From IMG/VR virus record IMGVR_UViG_3300033076_001181, positions 14,362 to 78,361 of that record: 64,000 bases of DNA. One strand, written 5' to 3'. The position numbers were made by a program, and so were the translations under genes. The notes below the pieces were generated by a model, which saw nothing but the letters and a program-made list of their open reading frames with translations, ran no database searches and was not told the DNA's origin. Within the stretch, counting starts at the first letter, position 1. Each line of letters starts with the position of its first letter. Below, one piece after another: positions 18,407-28,635 of the stretch. Source of the DNA: a virus. Its lineage: Duplodnaviria; Caudoviricetes.

Positions 18407-19342
18407 CTATTTGTTACAAAGTTCTTTATTATTGTTAAAAGGACAGTACTGACAATTTTTGTTTGGTGTTATAGGATGTTGAGTATCTTTAAACGAACCA
18501 TCATAGTTAAAACATTGTTCTATAAAGTTAGCCATTGAACTCATTGCCTTATTCATTTTAATTTTTCCACTTGGTGGAGCAAATTCTTGAATTCGACTTT
18601 GTGGAAATTCACTTTCCTCCCATATTTTTCTCTTTAGAATAACAAACTCAACATCAATATTTTCTTCAGGTACCTTATATTGTTTACTATAATAGTTTTT
18701 GTAAAATATTAATTGAAACTGCTTACCTTCATCTTTTTTAACATCGGCATTCCATCCTCGAGTAGATGTTTTAAAATCGATGATCTTATGTTTATCTGTG
18801 TTTTCATTATACAAGACTAAATCAAGATAACCTTTATACAATATACTTGGATATTGAGGATTAGGATTAATTACAATTGGTAATTCACATCCTACTAAAT
18901 GCCACCCACGTTTACTGAAGTATGAGCCTCGATTTTTCTTAAAATAATTTAATATGTTAAGACCATCTTCATAAAACTCTCTCATTTCAGCAGCGTCACT
19001 AAAATGAACATTTTTATTTTTCTTATACTCTTCTAGATATACTTCTCTGAATTTATCTTCAAATTGAGATTCAATATCAGTTCTATCAGCTGCTGCTCCA
19101 CTTTCTTCATACATTACAGTGATATAACTCTGAAGTACTTCATGAACCGCGGTTCCAAATACAGTATGGATTGTAGGTTGATATTCATTCAATCCTTGTT
19201 TATATAACAACTCCCATTTGTGGGGACAGTCATTATATATAGAGAACTGACTATAAGATATAGTCTTTTGGGAAGCATAATTAATCTCTTGAGGAGTATG
19301 ATTCCGAATCGCTCTTACTATGAACGGTGTTCTTTTACTCAC
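18407..19342 (-). CDS. PD-(D/E)XK exonuclease (RecB/AddB/Cas4-like, four Cys)
   Basis: ISYSQF..CP..GTAVH, GYLD..IIDFKT, QL..Y, CQYCPF..C. Confidence 0.88.
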   Translation of the reverse strand: MSKRTPFIVRAIRNHTPQEINYASQKTISYSQFSIYNDCPHKWELLYKQGLNEYQPTIHTVFGTAVHEVLQSYITVMYEESGAAADRTDIESQFEDKFREVYLEEYKKNKNVHFSDAAEMREFYEDGLNILNYFKKNRGSYFSKRGWHLVGCELPIVINPNPQYPSILYKGYLDLVLYNENTDKHKIIDFKTSTRGWNADVKKDEGKQFQLIFYKNYYSKQYKVPEENIDVEFVILKRKIWEESEFPQSRIQEFAPPSGKIKMNKAMSSMANFIEQCFNYDGSFKDTQHPITPNKNCQYCPFNNNKELCNK

Positions 19343-19557
19343 TTGTTTCCTACTTTATGGGGATCAGTTACTTCTTGAATGAACTGTTGTTTTAATTTTT
19401 CTAGATACAAGATAGCATCCATATGCTCTTGTTTAGCATGTTCAATCCATTCTAGCAAAGACAAATCTTGTCTATCTAAATCAGTACCATACTTTTTCTT
19501 ACCTGCAACACTTCGATCTTCGAATTGTTTGATTATTGATGCAACTATACTATCCAT
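19339..19557 (-). CDS. Small all-alpha protein, possibly MazG-like fold
   Basis: KYGTDLDR..HAKQEHMDAILYL resembles an EExxD..Y acidic helix. Confidence 0.4.
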   Translation of the reverse strand: MDSIVASIIKQFEDRSVAGKKKYGTDLDRQDLSLLEWIEHAKQEHMDAILYLEKLKQQFIQEVTDPHKVGNK

Positions 19558-19972
19558 TTTTTAATAACTTTTTTTGTTCTTTTTCTTCAACACCTAACTG
19601 ATTTAGAATGTTTTTAACACCATTTTCTCTTAAAATATCAATATATTCTTCTGCTTCACCTAATGAACATTCATAGTATGAAGCAATATGCTTAAGCAAT
19701 TTTTCTTGCCTTTTAGCTCTAGAGGATTTAATATATTTTAGAAACATTTTCTTTTTAGGTATCATATATAAATATATATTATATATTTTTTCCTTATCAG
19801 TAACTTGAAATACTTGTACTAAATTTACAAATTCAATATAATCAGGATTCATACTGAGGAAGCGATGAATCATATATGGTTCAAATGATTTTTTGTCTTC
19901 CTCAGTGAATGAATTCCAGGGTTGTTTTTCGTAAGTAATTTGATTAAGCCAATCAAAGATTTTCATACTCAC
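19550..19972 (-). CDS. Clamp loader small subunit (T4 gp62-like)
   Basis: FDWLNQI..PYMIHRFLSM..IPKKKMFLKYIK..YYECSLGEAEEYI; adjacent to the gp44-like gene. Confidence 0.75.
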   Translation of the reverse strand: MSMKIFDWLNQITYEKQPWNSFTEEDKKSFEPYMIHRFLSMNPDYIEFVNLVQVFQVTDKEKIYNIYLYMIPKKKMFLKYIKSSRAKRQEKLLKHIASYYECSLGEAEEYIDILRENGVKNILNQLGVEEKEQKKLLKNG

Positions 19973-20192
19973 TTCTAAATTCTTTAGGTAACATTTCTAC
20001 TAATACTTTACCTGTCTTTACATCGTAGAAACAAGGAATTGGCATAATAGCGTCTTCAGCTGTACCAGCTAAGAACTTAGATACCTTACGCAAAATAACA
20101 CCCTCAGCGAAGATATGATTACCTTCTGGTGATGTGATAGCCACTGTTTGGCTTGGATCAACTTTAACGTTGAGCTGTTGTTGGTTTTCCAT
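19953..20192 (-). CDS. Hypothetical protein
   Basis: 79-aa ORF within the clamp-loader operon. Confidence 0.7.
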   Translation of the reverse strand: MENQQQLNVKVDPSQTVAITSPEGNHIFAEGVILRKVSKFLAGTAEDAIMPIPCFYDVKTGKVLVEMLPKEFRSEYENL

Positions 20193-20193
20193 A

Positions 20194-21129
20194 TTAATTG
20201 TTTATTATTTTTAAAACTGATGCTAATAATGCCATAACATTGATTTCTTTGTCTAGGCGAAAATTAGCGTGGTACATATAATTTTCTATTTCAATCACGA
20301 TCAACGCTTTAGCTAGATCATTCTTGCCATATTCATCTAGTGTGTCATATAGAAATCTATAAACATCTTCAAAATCATCCAAATTACTATCAGCAAGTAT
20401 TTGTCTGATGTTTTTGAAACTGGTTTTAGATGGTGATTTAAGTTCTTTTAGTAATTCATCTTTATAACCACCTGTTAATACTGTTTTATCTACTTTAAGG
20501 TATAGATCATTTGCCCCACCATCAATTGTATTTACTTGACAAGTGTTTAATATTTTTCTAACATCAGGATAATGTTTATTAACTATTAAAACTAGATCTT
20601 CTAGTTCATAATTAATGTTTTCTTTCTCTAAAATGTTAGCAGTATGTTTAGCTACTTCTTTTTTAGATGGAGGAGTAATCTTTAATACTTGACAACGTGA
20701 TTGAAGGGGATCGATAATTCGTTCAAGGTAATTACATGTTAAAATAAATCGTGTTGTACGAGAGAATGTCTCAATAATGTTTCGTAGTGAGGCTTGAGCT
20801 TGAATAGTTAAAAAATCTGCTTCGTCTAAAATAATAATCTTAATTGGTTTGAATGAAGCACTTGAAGCAAAACCTTGAACTTTTTCTCTAATAGTATCAA
20901 TCCCCCTTTCATCACTTGCGTTTATATAAAGGTAATCACAATCAAAATTATTTACAATTAATTTAGCTAATGTAGTTTTACCTGTACCAGGTGTACCATA
21001 CAATAGTAAATTCTGTAAATCATTATTGTTGATATATTTTTCAACAATTTGTTTTAATTGCTCATTACCGACATACTCATCTAATGTTTTAGAGCGATAT
21101 TTTTCTACAAATAAACTATTTTCTTTCAT
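20194..21129 (-). CDS. Clamp loader large subunit (gp44/RFC-like AAA+)
   Basis: EKYR, GTPGTGKT, NASDERGID, LDEAD, LQSRC; start refined to MKENSLF. Confidence 0.95.
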   Translation of the reverse strand: MKENSLFVEKYRSKTLDEYVGNEQLKQIVEKYINNNDLQNLLLYGTPGTGKTTLAKLIVNNFDCDYLYINASDERGIDTIREKVQGFASSASFKPIKIIILDEADFLTIQAQASLRNIIETFSRTTRFILTCNYLERIIDPLQSRCQVLKITPPSKKEVAKHTANILEKENINYELEDLVLIVNKHYPDVRKILNTCQVNTIDGGANDLYLKVDKTVLTGGYKDELLKELKSPSKTSFKNIRQILADSNLDDFEDVYRFLYDTLDEYGKNDLAKALIVIEIENYMYHANFRLDKEINVMALLASVLKIINN

Positions 21130-21136
21130 ATAACTT

Positions 21137-21166
21137 AATATAATAAAAAATGGCCTAAAGGCCAAA
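21137..21166 (-). promoter_or_regulatory. Class I promoter embedded in a terminator-like hairpin
   Basis: TTTGGC-N18-TATATTAAGTTATATG; hairpin TGGCC-TTTA-GGCCA-TTTTTT. Confidence 0.75.
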
Positions 21167-21173
21167 TTTTAAT

Positions 21174-21434
21174 TTAATAATCTCCATACATGTTAAACTT
21201 CTTTGGTGGTGGAGGTGGTGCTTTTTCAACCACCTTACTATCAATAGCATATAACTCACCTTTTATAGGTGATAATCTGAAGTCACATGGTTGTTGAACT
21301 TCTTGAAAATAACCCTCTAATGCATCTGTTAATGAAGGGTATACATAAGTAGGATCACTAAGCAATGCCCACCTATCTGAAGGTGGGACACGCTTAGCAA
21401 TCAACACGACTTCTTCCTTAACTTCGGTAGCCAT
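21174..21434 (-). CDS. Hypothetical protein
   Basis: 86-aa ORF coupled to the groEL stop. Confidence 0.7.
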   Translation of the reverse strand: MATEVKEEVVLIAKRVPPSDRWALLSDPTYVYPSLTDALEGYFQEVQQPCDFRLSPIKGELYAIDSKVVEKAPPPPPKKFNMYGDY

Positions 21435-23050
21435 TAGAACATACCTCCCATTCCGCCCATCATATCATCCTGCTTTTTATCTTCAGGCTTGTCTACGACT
21501 GTGCATTCGGTTAATAAAATTGTTCCTGCTACTGAAGCGGCGTTTTCGATCGCGGTCCTCGTGACTTTCGTTGGATCAATAATACCAGCTTCTTTCATGT
21601 TTACCATCTTATCAGAAGTGATATTGTAACCTTTCCAATTGTCTTTGCCTGTTAATTTATTAATTAACCCAAATGACTCTTGGTCAGTATAACCGGCGTT
21701 AGATAAAATCTTCATAAATGGTGACGCACATGCTTTATAAACAATGTTTCCACCTGTTGTATGACGATTTACAATTGCTTCACGAGCATAAATTAAAGCA
21801 GCACCACCACCTGGAACAATACCTTCTTCAATTGCAGCTTTAGTTGCTTGAAGTGCATCGTCTACGCGATCTTTCTTTTCTTTAACTTCTGTTTCGGTAT
21901 TACCACCTACGTGAATAATTGCTACTCCTCCGATAAATTTCGCCAGTCTTTCTTGGAGTTTTTCTTTTTCAAAGGGCGAATTTGCTTTTTCGATTTGTTG
22001 CTGTAGCTCTTCAATACGTGTTTCAATTCGTTCAGGTTGTCCTTTTCCATCAATAATGGTTGTTTGATCTTTTGTTACTGTTACAACTCGGGCTTCACCA
22101 AACCATTTTGAATCAAAACGATCTAATTTCATACCCTTATCAGTACTAAATACCTCACCACCTGTTAAAAGTGCGATATCTTCTAAAATCAATTTTCTAC
22201 GATCACCAAAGTCAGGAGCTTTAACTGCTGCTACTTTAAGTGTACCTCTCATTTTATTTACAATCAATGTTGCTAATGCTTCACCTTCAATATCCTCAGC
22301 AATGATAAACAATGGTCTACCTTGAGATGATACTGCCTCTAGCAATGGTAGCAATTCTTTAATCGCTGTAAATTTCTTATCTGCGATAAGGATAAGTGGA
22401 TTTTCTAATGTACAAGACATTGAGTTGTTGTCTGTTACAAAGAAATGTGATTTGTAACCACGATCAAATTGCATACCTTCTACTGTTTCAAGATAAGTAT
22501 CGCCTGACTTTGATTCCTCAATATAAACAACTCCCTCACGACCTACTTTTTGCATTGCAGTTGCAATCAATTTTCCTACTTCAGGATCGTTATTTGCAGA
22601 AATTGTAGCTACTTGTTCCAATTGATCTTCAGAACTGATGTCTTGTGAAATGCTTTTACGTAATTCTGTTACTACATCTTTAACTGCAGCATCAATTTCA
22701 CGCTTAATAGTTACAGCGTTAACTCCATTGTTTAATGATGTTAAACCTTCTTTAACCATGTTTTGAGCCAACAATGTTGAAGTAGTTGTACCATCACCTG
22801 CACCATCAGCAGTTTTAATAGCTGCTTGTTTAACCATTTGTACACCCAATTCTTCAATTGGATCTTCAAGTGAGATACTTTTTGCTACTGTTACTCCATC
22901 TTTTGTTGATTGTGGGTAACCACCTTGATTTGCTATAACCACATTACGACCATTTGGACCTAATGTAGACGTAACTGCGTTTGCTAATTTGTCAATACCA
23001 GTTACGAGTTTTTTCCTTGCTTCAGGACCGAATTCGATAATTTTACTCAT
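21434..23050 (-). CDS. groEL: Chaperonin GroEL
   Basis: TLGPNGRNV, TKDGVTVA, GDGTTT, EGMQFDRG, ERLAK, GIVPGGG and GGM tail. Confidence 0.98.
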   Translation of the reverse strand: MSKIIEFGPEARKKLVTGIDKLANAVTSTLGPNGRNVVIANQGGYPQSTKDGVTVAKSISLEDPIEELGVQMVKQAAIKTADGAGDGTTTSTLLAQNMVKEGLTSLNNGVNAVTIKREIDAAVKDVVTELRKSISQDISSEDQLEQVATISANNDPEVGKLIATAMQKVGREGVVYIEESKSGDTYLETVEGMQFDRGYKSHFFVTDNNSMSCTLENPLILIADKKFTAIKELLPLLEAVSSQGRPLFIIAEDIEGEALATLIVNKMRGTLKVAAVKAPDFGDRRKLILEDIALLTGGEVFSTDKGMKLDRFDSKWFGEARVVTVTKDQTTIIDGKGQPERIETRIEELQQQIEKANSPFEKEKLQERLAKFIGGVAIIHVGGNTETEVKEKKDRVDDALQATKAAIEEGIVPGGGAALIYAREAIVNRHTTGGNIVYKACASPFMKILSNAGYTDQESFGLINKLTGKDNWKGYNITSDKMVNMKEAGIIDPTKVTRTAIENAASVAGTILLTECTVVDKPEDKKQDDMMGGMGGMF

Positions 23051-23051
23051 A

Positions 23052-23354
23052 TTATTCTTCTATTGTTTCAATAATTCCTAAGATTTGATTTTCTGGGCAC
23101 ACCCAATATTCTTGGCCTTCCAATTCTACTTTAGTAGGACCCATTGTGGGTAGCATTACTTCCATACCTACTTCCAATGTTGTAGGAATAAGTTCACCTG
23201 TCACTGATGGTTGTCCTGGGCCTACAGATACAACTGTTCCAATTAGGGCTTTTTCTTTACCTAGATCAGGTACGATGATGCCCCCATACATCGTTTCTTC
23301 TTCTTCACGGGGTTTAACTATAACCGCGTTAAATGTTGCTTTTAACTGTTTCAT
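23052..23354 (-). CDS. groES: Co-chaperonin GroES
   Basis: VIVKP..GGIIVPD..GTVVSVGPG; immediately upstream of groEL. Confidence 0.93.
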   Translation of the reverse strand: MKQLKATFNAVIVKPREEEETMYGGIIVPDLGKEKALIGTVVSVGPGQPSVTGELIPTTLEVGMEVMLPTMGPTKVELEGQEYWVCPENQILGIIETIEE

Positions 23355-23668
23355 ATATTTACCATTTGTTTGATTTCATTTCTTACTGATTCCCAAGCTT
23401 CAATATATTCTTTAATAGAATTAAATACTGGGCGTTCTTCTACTTTTAATTTTGCAATAGAATTCAAAGCTGAAGCAATATCAGAGTGGAATGTTAAGGT
23501 TTTGACTGTTTCTTTTGTTCTTGTTTTGCGACCTCGTCCCTTAGTATTAGTACCAGGCATAACTGTTTGATAAACAGTATAACTGTTAGTATCTTTACCA
23601 ATAAAATAGGGCTCAAGGATTGGATCCTTAATCATCGTCATTGAAGACGGCATTTGATTTTCACTCAT
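23351..23668 (-). CDS. Hypothetical protein
   Basis: 105-aa ORF, first gene of the groES-groEL operon. Confidence 0.7.
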   Translation of the reverse strand: MSENQMPSSMTMIKDPILEPYFIGKDTNSYTVYQTVMPGTNTKGRGRKTRTKETVKTLTFHSDIASALNSIAKLKVEERPVFNSIKEYIEAWESVRNEIKQMVNI

Positions 23669-23688
23669 AACTTATTTATTTATAACTA

Positions 23689-23718
23689 AATATAACAATT
23701 TTTCACTAAAAAGCCAAA
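23689..23718 (-). promoter_or_regulatory. Class I promoter
   Basis: TTTGGC-N18-TATATTT; ATATTTAT also at 23728-23735. Confidence 0.75.
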
Positions 23719-23741
23719 TTGTTTGTAATAAATATACAAAC

Positions 23742-24467
23742 TTATTGTTCTTTTGCCACAATATAGTAAACACTTGTGAAATTCTTGTGATTAAATGATA
23801 ATTTCATTAAACCATTACTATTTACATGAATACGACCACTCTCCATATCTTTATTAGCAACTAATACTTCTTTCAATAGAACTGAACTATAGACTAGTTT
23901 AAATTGAACTCCACTGTTGTTTTCTAGATTTTGAATGGAGTAAGTGACTTTATTAGCGTATTCGATGTCTCCTCCGAAAGTAAATTCTAAGCCAAGTAAA
24001 CCCGGTGTTACAACAACGCTTTCGCTATTTGATAATGCGTTTTTAGCTTTAATCAATGCTGTTACTACTTCATCAGTCAATTCAGTATCAATATCATATT
24101 CTTCAGGCCCAGTGTATGTTCCTGATTTTGGTATTGTGAATAAATCAGATAAAGCGTAATCTAGATTAAATTGTTCATCTGAGATTAATAATTTAGTAAT
24201 GATTGATTTTGTTTTAGTATAGTCTAATACTAGATCACCACTTGTAATAGATAATAATTTATCTAGTTGTGATGTATTACTAATTCCAATTTCTGATTCA
24301 GGTAATGGGAAATTAGAATGAACAACACTTCCTATCAATTCACGAGTTGGAGCTGTGAAGTTAATAGTTAGTTGTTTATCTTTGTTGATAGACCACTTAA
24401 CATTTTCAATTAGACCATTTAAATGGTACTTTTCAATAACTGATTGTAGTTGTAATTTTGATATCAT
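23742..24467 (-). CDS. Sliding clamp (T4 gp45-like)
   Basis: 241 aa, IGISNTSQL..LL; position between PolB and clamp loader; start refined to MISKL. Confidence 0.72.
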   Translation of the reverse strand: MISKLQLQSVIEKYHLNGLIENVKWSINKDKQLTINFTAPTRELIGSVVHSNFPLPESEIGISNTSQLDKLLSITSGDLVLDYTKTKSIITKLLISDEQFNLDYALSDLFTIPKSGTYTGPEEYDIDTELTDEVVTALIKAKNALSNSESVVVTPGLLGLEFTFGGDIEYANKVTYSIQNLENNSGVQFKLVYSSVLLKEVLVANKDMESGRIHVNSNGLMKLSFNHKNFTSVYYIVAKEQ

Positions 24468-24474
24468 ATAACCT

Positions 24475-24504
24475 AATATAATAAAACCTTTATTTAGAGC
24501 CAAA
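24475..24504 (-). promoter_or_regulatory. Class I promoter with ATG 5 nt after TATATTAG
   Basis: TTTGGC-N18-TATATTAGGTTATATG. Confidence 0.78.
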
Positions 24505-24505
24505 T

Positions 24506-25153
24506 TTATTCTATTCCAGCACCTATTTTCTTTCCTATTTTTTTATAGGCTAAAACAACATTTTCTAAATCTTCATTTTCTCCATTATCTACTTTATATA
24601 AAGTATCAAGCAATTTAGATATATCTATAAATAAATCTTCAAATTCATCACTATGAGTTACATACTTATTGTTTTGTTTAAACATGTTCCATAACTGTTG
24701 CCCTACTTCAAGATAAAATTTTGCTATACTATTTAATTTCCATTTTTCATCTTGAAAATCTTCTCTATAATTTGGTGAGTTAAAATCAGCTAAATTACTA
24801 ATAAATGTTTTAAGATATGTTTTATGTTCTTTTTCTAATTTTTTTATATCACGAAGTATTTCAAAATCTTCACCGGTAACTTTAATTGGTTGAACAAACT
24901 GAAATGGAACAGTAACTTCACCTTTACCTATTTTTACAGTATATTTTTTATTTTTACTATCAATATCTGTGATAACTCCTTGACCATGTTTTATTACAGT
25001 CACATCTGATCCTATATCTATGCCCCTATCTAATGGGTTATCTTTATTTACATCTATATTTAGTGAATTTAGAAAAGATTCAAATTCATTTTCACTCAAC
25101 TGTTTAGGTTGAGTTTTAGCAATTTCTTTAAGTAAGTCAACTAGTTTAATCAT
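24506..25153 (-). CDS. Hypothetical protein (MIKLVDLLKE N-terminus; class II motif upstream)
   Basis: 215-aa ORF; ATATTTAT at 25158-25165. Confidence 0.7.
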   Translation of the reverse strand: MIKLVDLLKEIAKTQPKQLSENEFESFLNSLNIDVNKDNPLDRGIDIGSDVTVIKHGQGVITDIDSKNKKYTVKIGKGEVTVPFQFVQPIKVTGEDFEILRDIKKLEKEHKTYLKTFISNLADFNSPNYREDFQDEKWKLNSIAKFYLEVGQQLWNMFKQNNKYVTHSDEFEDLFIDISKLLDTLYKVDNGENEDLENVVLAYKKIGKKIGAGIE

Positions 25154-25167
25154 GAATATAAATATGA

Positions 25168-27756
25168 TTAAAAACTAAAAAATTTATTAACATTAGCGTT
25201 TAGTGGTGGAAATTCCCACTTAAGATCTTTATAAAGTTCCTTTAATTTGTTTAATAATAATGATTCAAAGATCTCATCTATATCAATATATGTTTTAACA
25301 AATTTTTCTATTTCATCAGGAACCTTAGCATTTGGTAAACCAACTGTTTCTAATTTATATGGGTTGGCTTTTAAGTTAATGATAAAAATCTTATCACCTT
25401 CAATAATAGATTCATATTGTTTATCTAATTTTTTAAACCTTAATAAATCATTATAGCGAACAGCTGCTTTAGTATTAGATGGTGCTTTCAATTTAAATGT
25501 ACTAAACATTTCACCTGCTCTAGGAGTGTTTCTATATGAGGCAATTTGTTTTACTCCTGTTGGTTTACCTAGTTCTCGTGGGTCTAATGTTTTAACTAAC
25601 TTATAGAAGTTAATAATTGAATTGTCTAATTCATGTTTTGGCTTACCAAATAAAATATCTTTAATAAATTGTTCACCAAACGATTTGAATCGTTTATTCA
25701 TATTAGACTTCATCAACTCTAGACCTTTCATGTCTAGTTCTTCAACAGCAACACCTTCCTTATTAGTAACATACATTGCGTATCTTCTCTTACCTGTAAC
25801 TAAGATACCAGTAGCAATTACTTCTTGTTTTAACTGAAAGTAATGTTTAGAAGCATCAATGTTAAATAAATTCTTACACATTGTGTTAAGATTATTATTT
25901 GCTTCATCTTGTATCTCAATTGCCATTTCTAGAATGTACTTGTCTTTCTCTTCTTTAGTGGCGTTAGGATATCTATGTCTTAATAAATCACCTAATTCAA
26001 TATACATAGAGTCAGTATCACTAATACAAATGTATTGTTTGTCTTCTGATTTTAGCTCAGTATTTAGTTTATCATTAGTGAATATGATTGATTCTTGAGT
26101 CAATCTTTGACCTGTGTTTGTAATAGCAGCACTACAAATTAATTGACCATCAGTATATCTCCATCCACTTTTAGCGAATGTACCATACATAGCGTTTTGC
26201 AAGATCTTAAATGCATGTTGGAACAAATCATATAATTTATAGTTAGCCCAATCTTCTTCTTTACCTGCTTTCTTCTTTAGACCTCTATAATGTTCTCGTT
26301 TTTCAAACCAACCTTCTAAAATCTTAGCAACTACACTTTGTTCATCTGTTCTAAACATTGCCCCAGAAGCAGATATAGTGAATTTATTATCTTCAATAAT
26401 CTTAATAAGTTCACCTATAGTAATCTTAGCCTGTGATGTTGTATAGTTCTTTTTATTTACTTTTTCAACAACAATTACTTCTTTAGGGTCACGTTCTTTA
26501 AGTTTTTCTAAACTATGGTTTTGTTCATAGGTTGGTCTATGATCAACTTTAATTCTACCAACTAATGTTTCAATACCTAAATTAAGTGATTTAATAATTG
26601 AAGGATATAGTGAAGTAAAGTCTAAGTCAATAACATCAAAGTACAAACCAGGTATTGGTTCTAATAGATAACCACCAGCATATGTTTCCTTAAATGATTT
26701 TAATGCTTGATTATGAGTTGTTGGTTTATTAGGTGAAATAATACCTTCACGTTTAAGATGCTTTAGAATAGCTCCTTCATTCATAACTGTATTCCAATAA
26801 ATTGATTCATATGGAATATTACAGATATGAGAAATCATAATTGTTAAGTTGATAAACTTAAGTTTATCTTCTAACGCTTCAATAATTTCAACGTCTCGTA
26901 AGTTATAGTCAATAAAAGTATCTATATCATCTCTGAATAGTGTATTTAAGTTACCTTCATATTCAATCTTACCTAAACCAACATATTTAGCTCCAATATC
27001 ACCTAATTTATATGATGGTTCTTCTTTCATGATGTACTTTTTATGTAACAACATGTAATCTAAACAATTCACACCTCCAATAGTGATTTGTGATTCACCA
27101 TTAAATTCTCGTTGTGATACTTTCTTAAGTGGGGATAAACGGGCGGTCTCTGCTTCACCGACAACATTCATAAGTCTATGGTAAATGTACGGTATATCGA
27201 AGTAATCTGAGTTATAACCGACTAATATTGTTGGGTCTAGTTCCTCAAATTTAGATAAGAATTTACCTATTAACTCACGTTCATTTTTACAAGGAATGAT
27301 ATGTTTGCTGTTCTGATTCGTTTCTTGGATTTGTCCTGATGGGTCAACTACAAAACATATTTTTTGTTTAGTAGTCACGTCTATTAGAGCAATAGATGTG
27401 ATTGGCATAGGAGCTTGTTGAATATAGTAAGGTGTTAATGCACCTCCCATTTCAATCTCAATATCTATATAAACTATATTATGCCAAGCAGGAACAGTAT
27501 CTTCTTCTTTATAATATAACTCTCGAAGTATTAGTAGATTTTTATCAATATCCTTTTCTAACAAGTCAGGATCATTTTTATCTAATTTTTTAGTAGGTAT
27601 AGCCCAACCGCCAGTTAGAACTGGTCTAGCACCTTCTTGATATTCATTTACACGTTTCCAATAAGTTGGTTGGAATTGGAACTCTAACCAGCCTTGTTTA
27701 TCATCTCGTAAATGATAAGTGTAAGTTGAGAAATCATAATAAATACTTTGATACAT
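25168..27756 (-). CDS. Family B DNA polymerase with 3'-5' exonuclease
   Basis: YIDIE, GYNSDYFDIPY, DYNLRDV, DLDFTSLYPS, KILQNAMYG, DTDS. Confidence 0.97.
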   Translation of the reverse strand: MYQSIYYDFSTYTYHLRDDKQGWLEFQFQPTYWKRVNEYQEGARPVLTGGWAIPTKKLDKNDPDLLEKDIDKNLLILRELYYKEEDTVPAWHNIVYIDIEIEMGGALTPYYIQQAPMPITSIALIDVTTKQKICFVVDPSGQIQETNQNSKHIIPCKNERELIGKFLSKFEELDPTILVGYNSDYFDIPYIYHRLMNVVGEAETARLSPLKKVSQREFNGESQITIGGVNCLDYMLLHKKYIMKEEPSYKLGDIGAKYVGLGKIEYEGNLNTLFRDDIDTFIDYNLRDVEIIEALEDKLKFINLTIMISHICNIPYESIYWNTVMNEGAILKHLKREGIISPNKPTTHNQALKSFKETYAGGYLLEPIPGLYFDVIDLDFTSLYPSIIKSLNLGIETLVGRIKVDHRPTYEQNHSLEKLKERDPKEVIVVEKVNKKNYTTSQAKITIGELIKIIEDNKFTISASGAMFRTDEQSVVAKILEGWFEKREHYRGLKKKAGKEEDWANYKLYDLFQHAFKILQNAMYGTFAKSGWRYTDGQLICSAAITNTGQRLTQESIIFTNDKLNTELKSEDKQYICISDTDSMYIELGDLLRHRYPNATKEEKDKYILEMAIEIQDEANNNLNTMCKNLFNIDASKHYFQLKQEVIATGILVTGKRRYAMYVTNKEGVAVEELDMKGLELMKSNMNKRFKSFGEQFIKDILFGKPKHELDNSIINFYKLVKTLDPRELGKPTGVKQIASYRNTPRAGEMFSTFKLKAPSNTKAAVRYNDLLRFKKLDKQYESIIEGDKIFIINLKANPYKLETVGLPNAKVPDEIEKFVKTYIDIDEIFESLLLNKLKELYKDLKWEFPPLNANVNKFFSF

Positions 27757-27776
27757 AACCTTTTTAATTTTAATTT

Positions 27777-28127
27777 TTAACCACTTACTAACTGCACTTC
27801 AACATAATTGTCATCCACATATCCATCCTCTACATAATATAATTTAACTGTTGTTCTTCCAGAAACTGGACTAAGTCTAGCTGGGAGTAATGATTTTAAA
27901 TTATTTATTAATTCTACATATGGATTACTATAATTAGGAGACACATACACTATTCCTGGGTCAGTATTAGGAATAGATTTTTGATTAGGATTTAAATTTA
28001 TTAAATCTGAGTATCTATTACTATTATTAGGTGATATATATACTTTTCCAGGGTTAGTATTGGGGATAGATTTTTGATTAGGATTACTATCAATTAATTT
28101 TTTATATCTATCCCCAAATGTAGCCAT
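27777..28127 (-). CDS. Hypothetical protein with internal 31-aa tandem repeat
   Basis: NPNQKSIPNT(N/D)PG.VY.SPN twice; ATATTTAT at 28139-28146. Confidence 0.65.
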   Translation of the reverse strand: MATFGDRYKKLIDSNPNQKSIPNTNPGKVYISPNNSNRYSDLINLNPNQKSIPNTDPGIVYVSPNYSNPYVELINNLKSLLPARLSPVSGRTTVKLYYVEDGYVDDNYVEVQLVSG

Positions 28128-28146
28128 TTATTTTATTGATAAATAT

Positions 28147-28635
28147 TTATTTATCAAGGAACTGCTTTAAATTAGGACGAAAGTAATTTATGTTTTTCAT
28201 TACTTTACGATCCCGAGTTCTATAAACAATCCAATAGTCACCTACTTTTTCATAATGACATGGTTCACCTTGTTCTTGTTCACGTACTTTAACTGTTTCT
28301 TTAGCTTCAGCTTCGTCTTTACAAGCTTTAGACATATTACTTGCTTGAACTTCTGCGTACGCGGGTTGAATTTTGTCTTTTAATCCGTGCAGCATGGCTC
28401 CGTTTCCTAGCGACACATATGTAATATCGCACAAGGCGTCTAAGACCTCTACTATGTTTCCTGTTTCGCATGCATGTTTATATTCTTCTAGTTCTTCTAA
28501 TATAAAATTGTAAACAAATTCCCATTCTTTTTTAGCTGGGATTGTTGGTTCATAATTGTTTGGTTTACCCATTGTAGCGTTAAATGTTTCTACTTCGCTA
28601 ATAAATGGGACATAATTTTCTTTAGATTGAGACAT
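28147..28635 (-). CDS. MazG/PRA-PH-like nucleoside triphosphate pyrophosphohydrolase
   Basis: ILEELEEY..VEVLDALCDITYV..SNMSK. Confidence 0.85.
   Translation of the reverse strand: MSQSKENYVPFISEVETFNATMGKPNNYEPTIPAKKEWEFVYNFILEELEEYKHACETGNIVEVLDALCDITYVSLGNGAMLHGLKDKIQPAYAEVQASNMSKACKDEAEAKETVKVREQEQGEPCHYEKVGDYWIVYRTRDRKVMKNINYFRPNLKQFLDK

Noticed and set aside
18407-19342. Cas4 or CRISPR system
   Set aside because: No other cas genes or repeat-spacer array were seen; stand-alone Cas4-like exonucleases are common in phage replication modules
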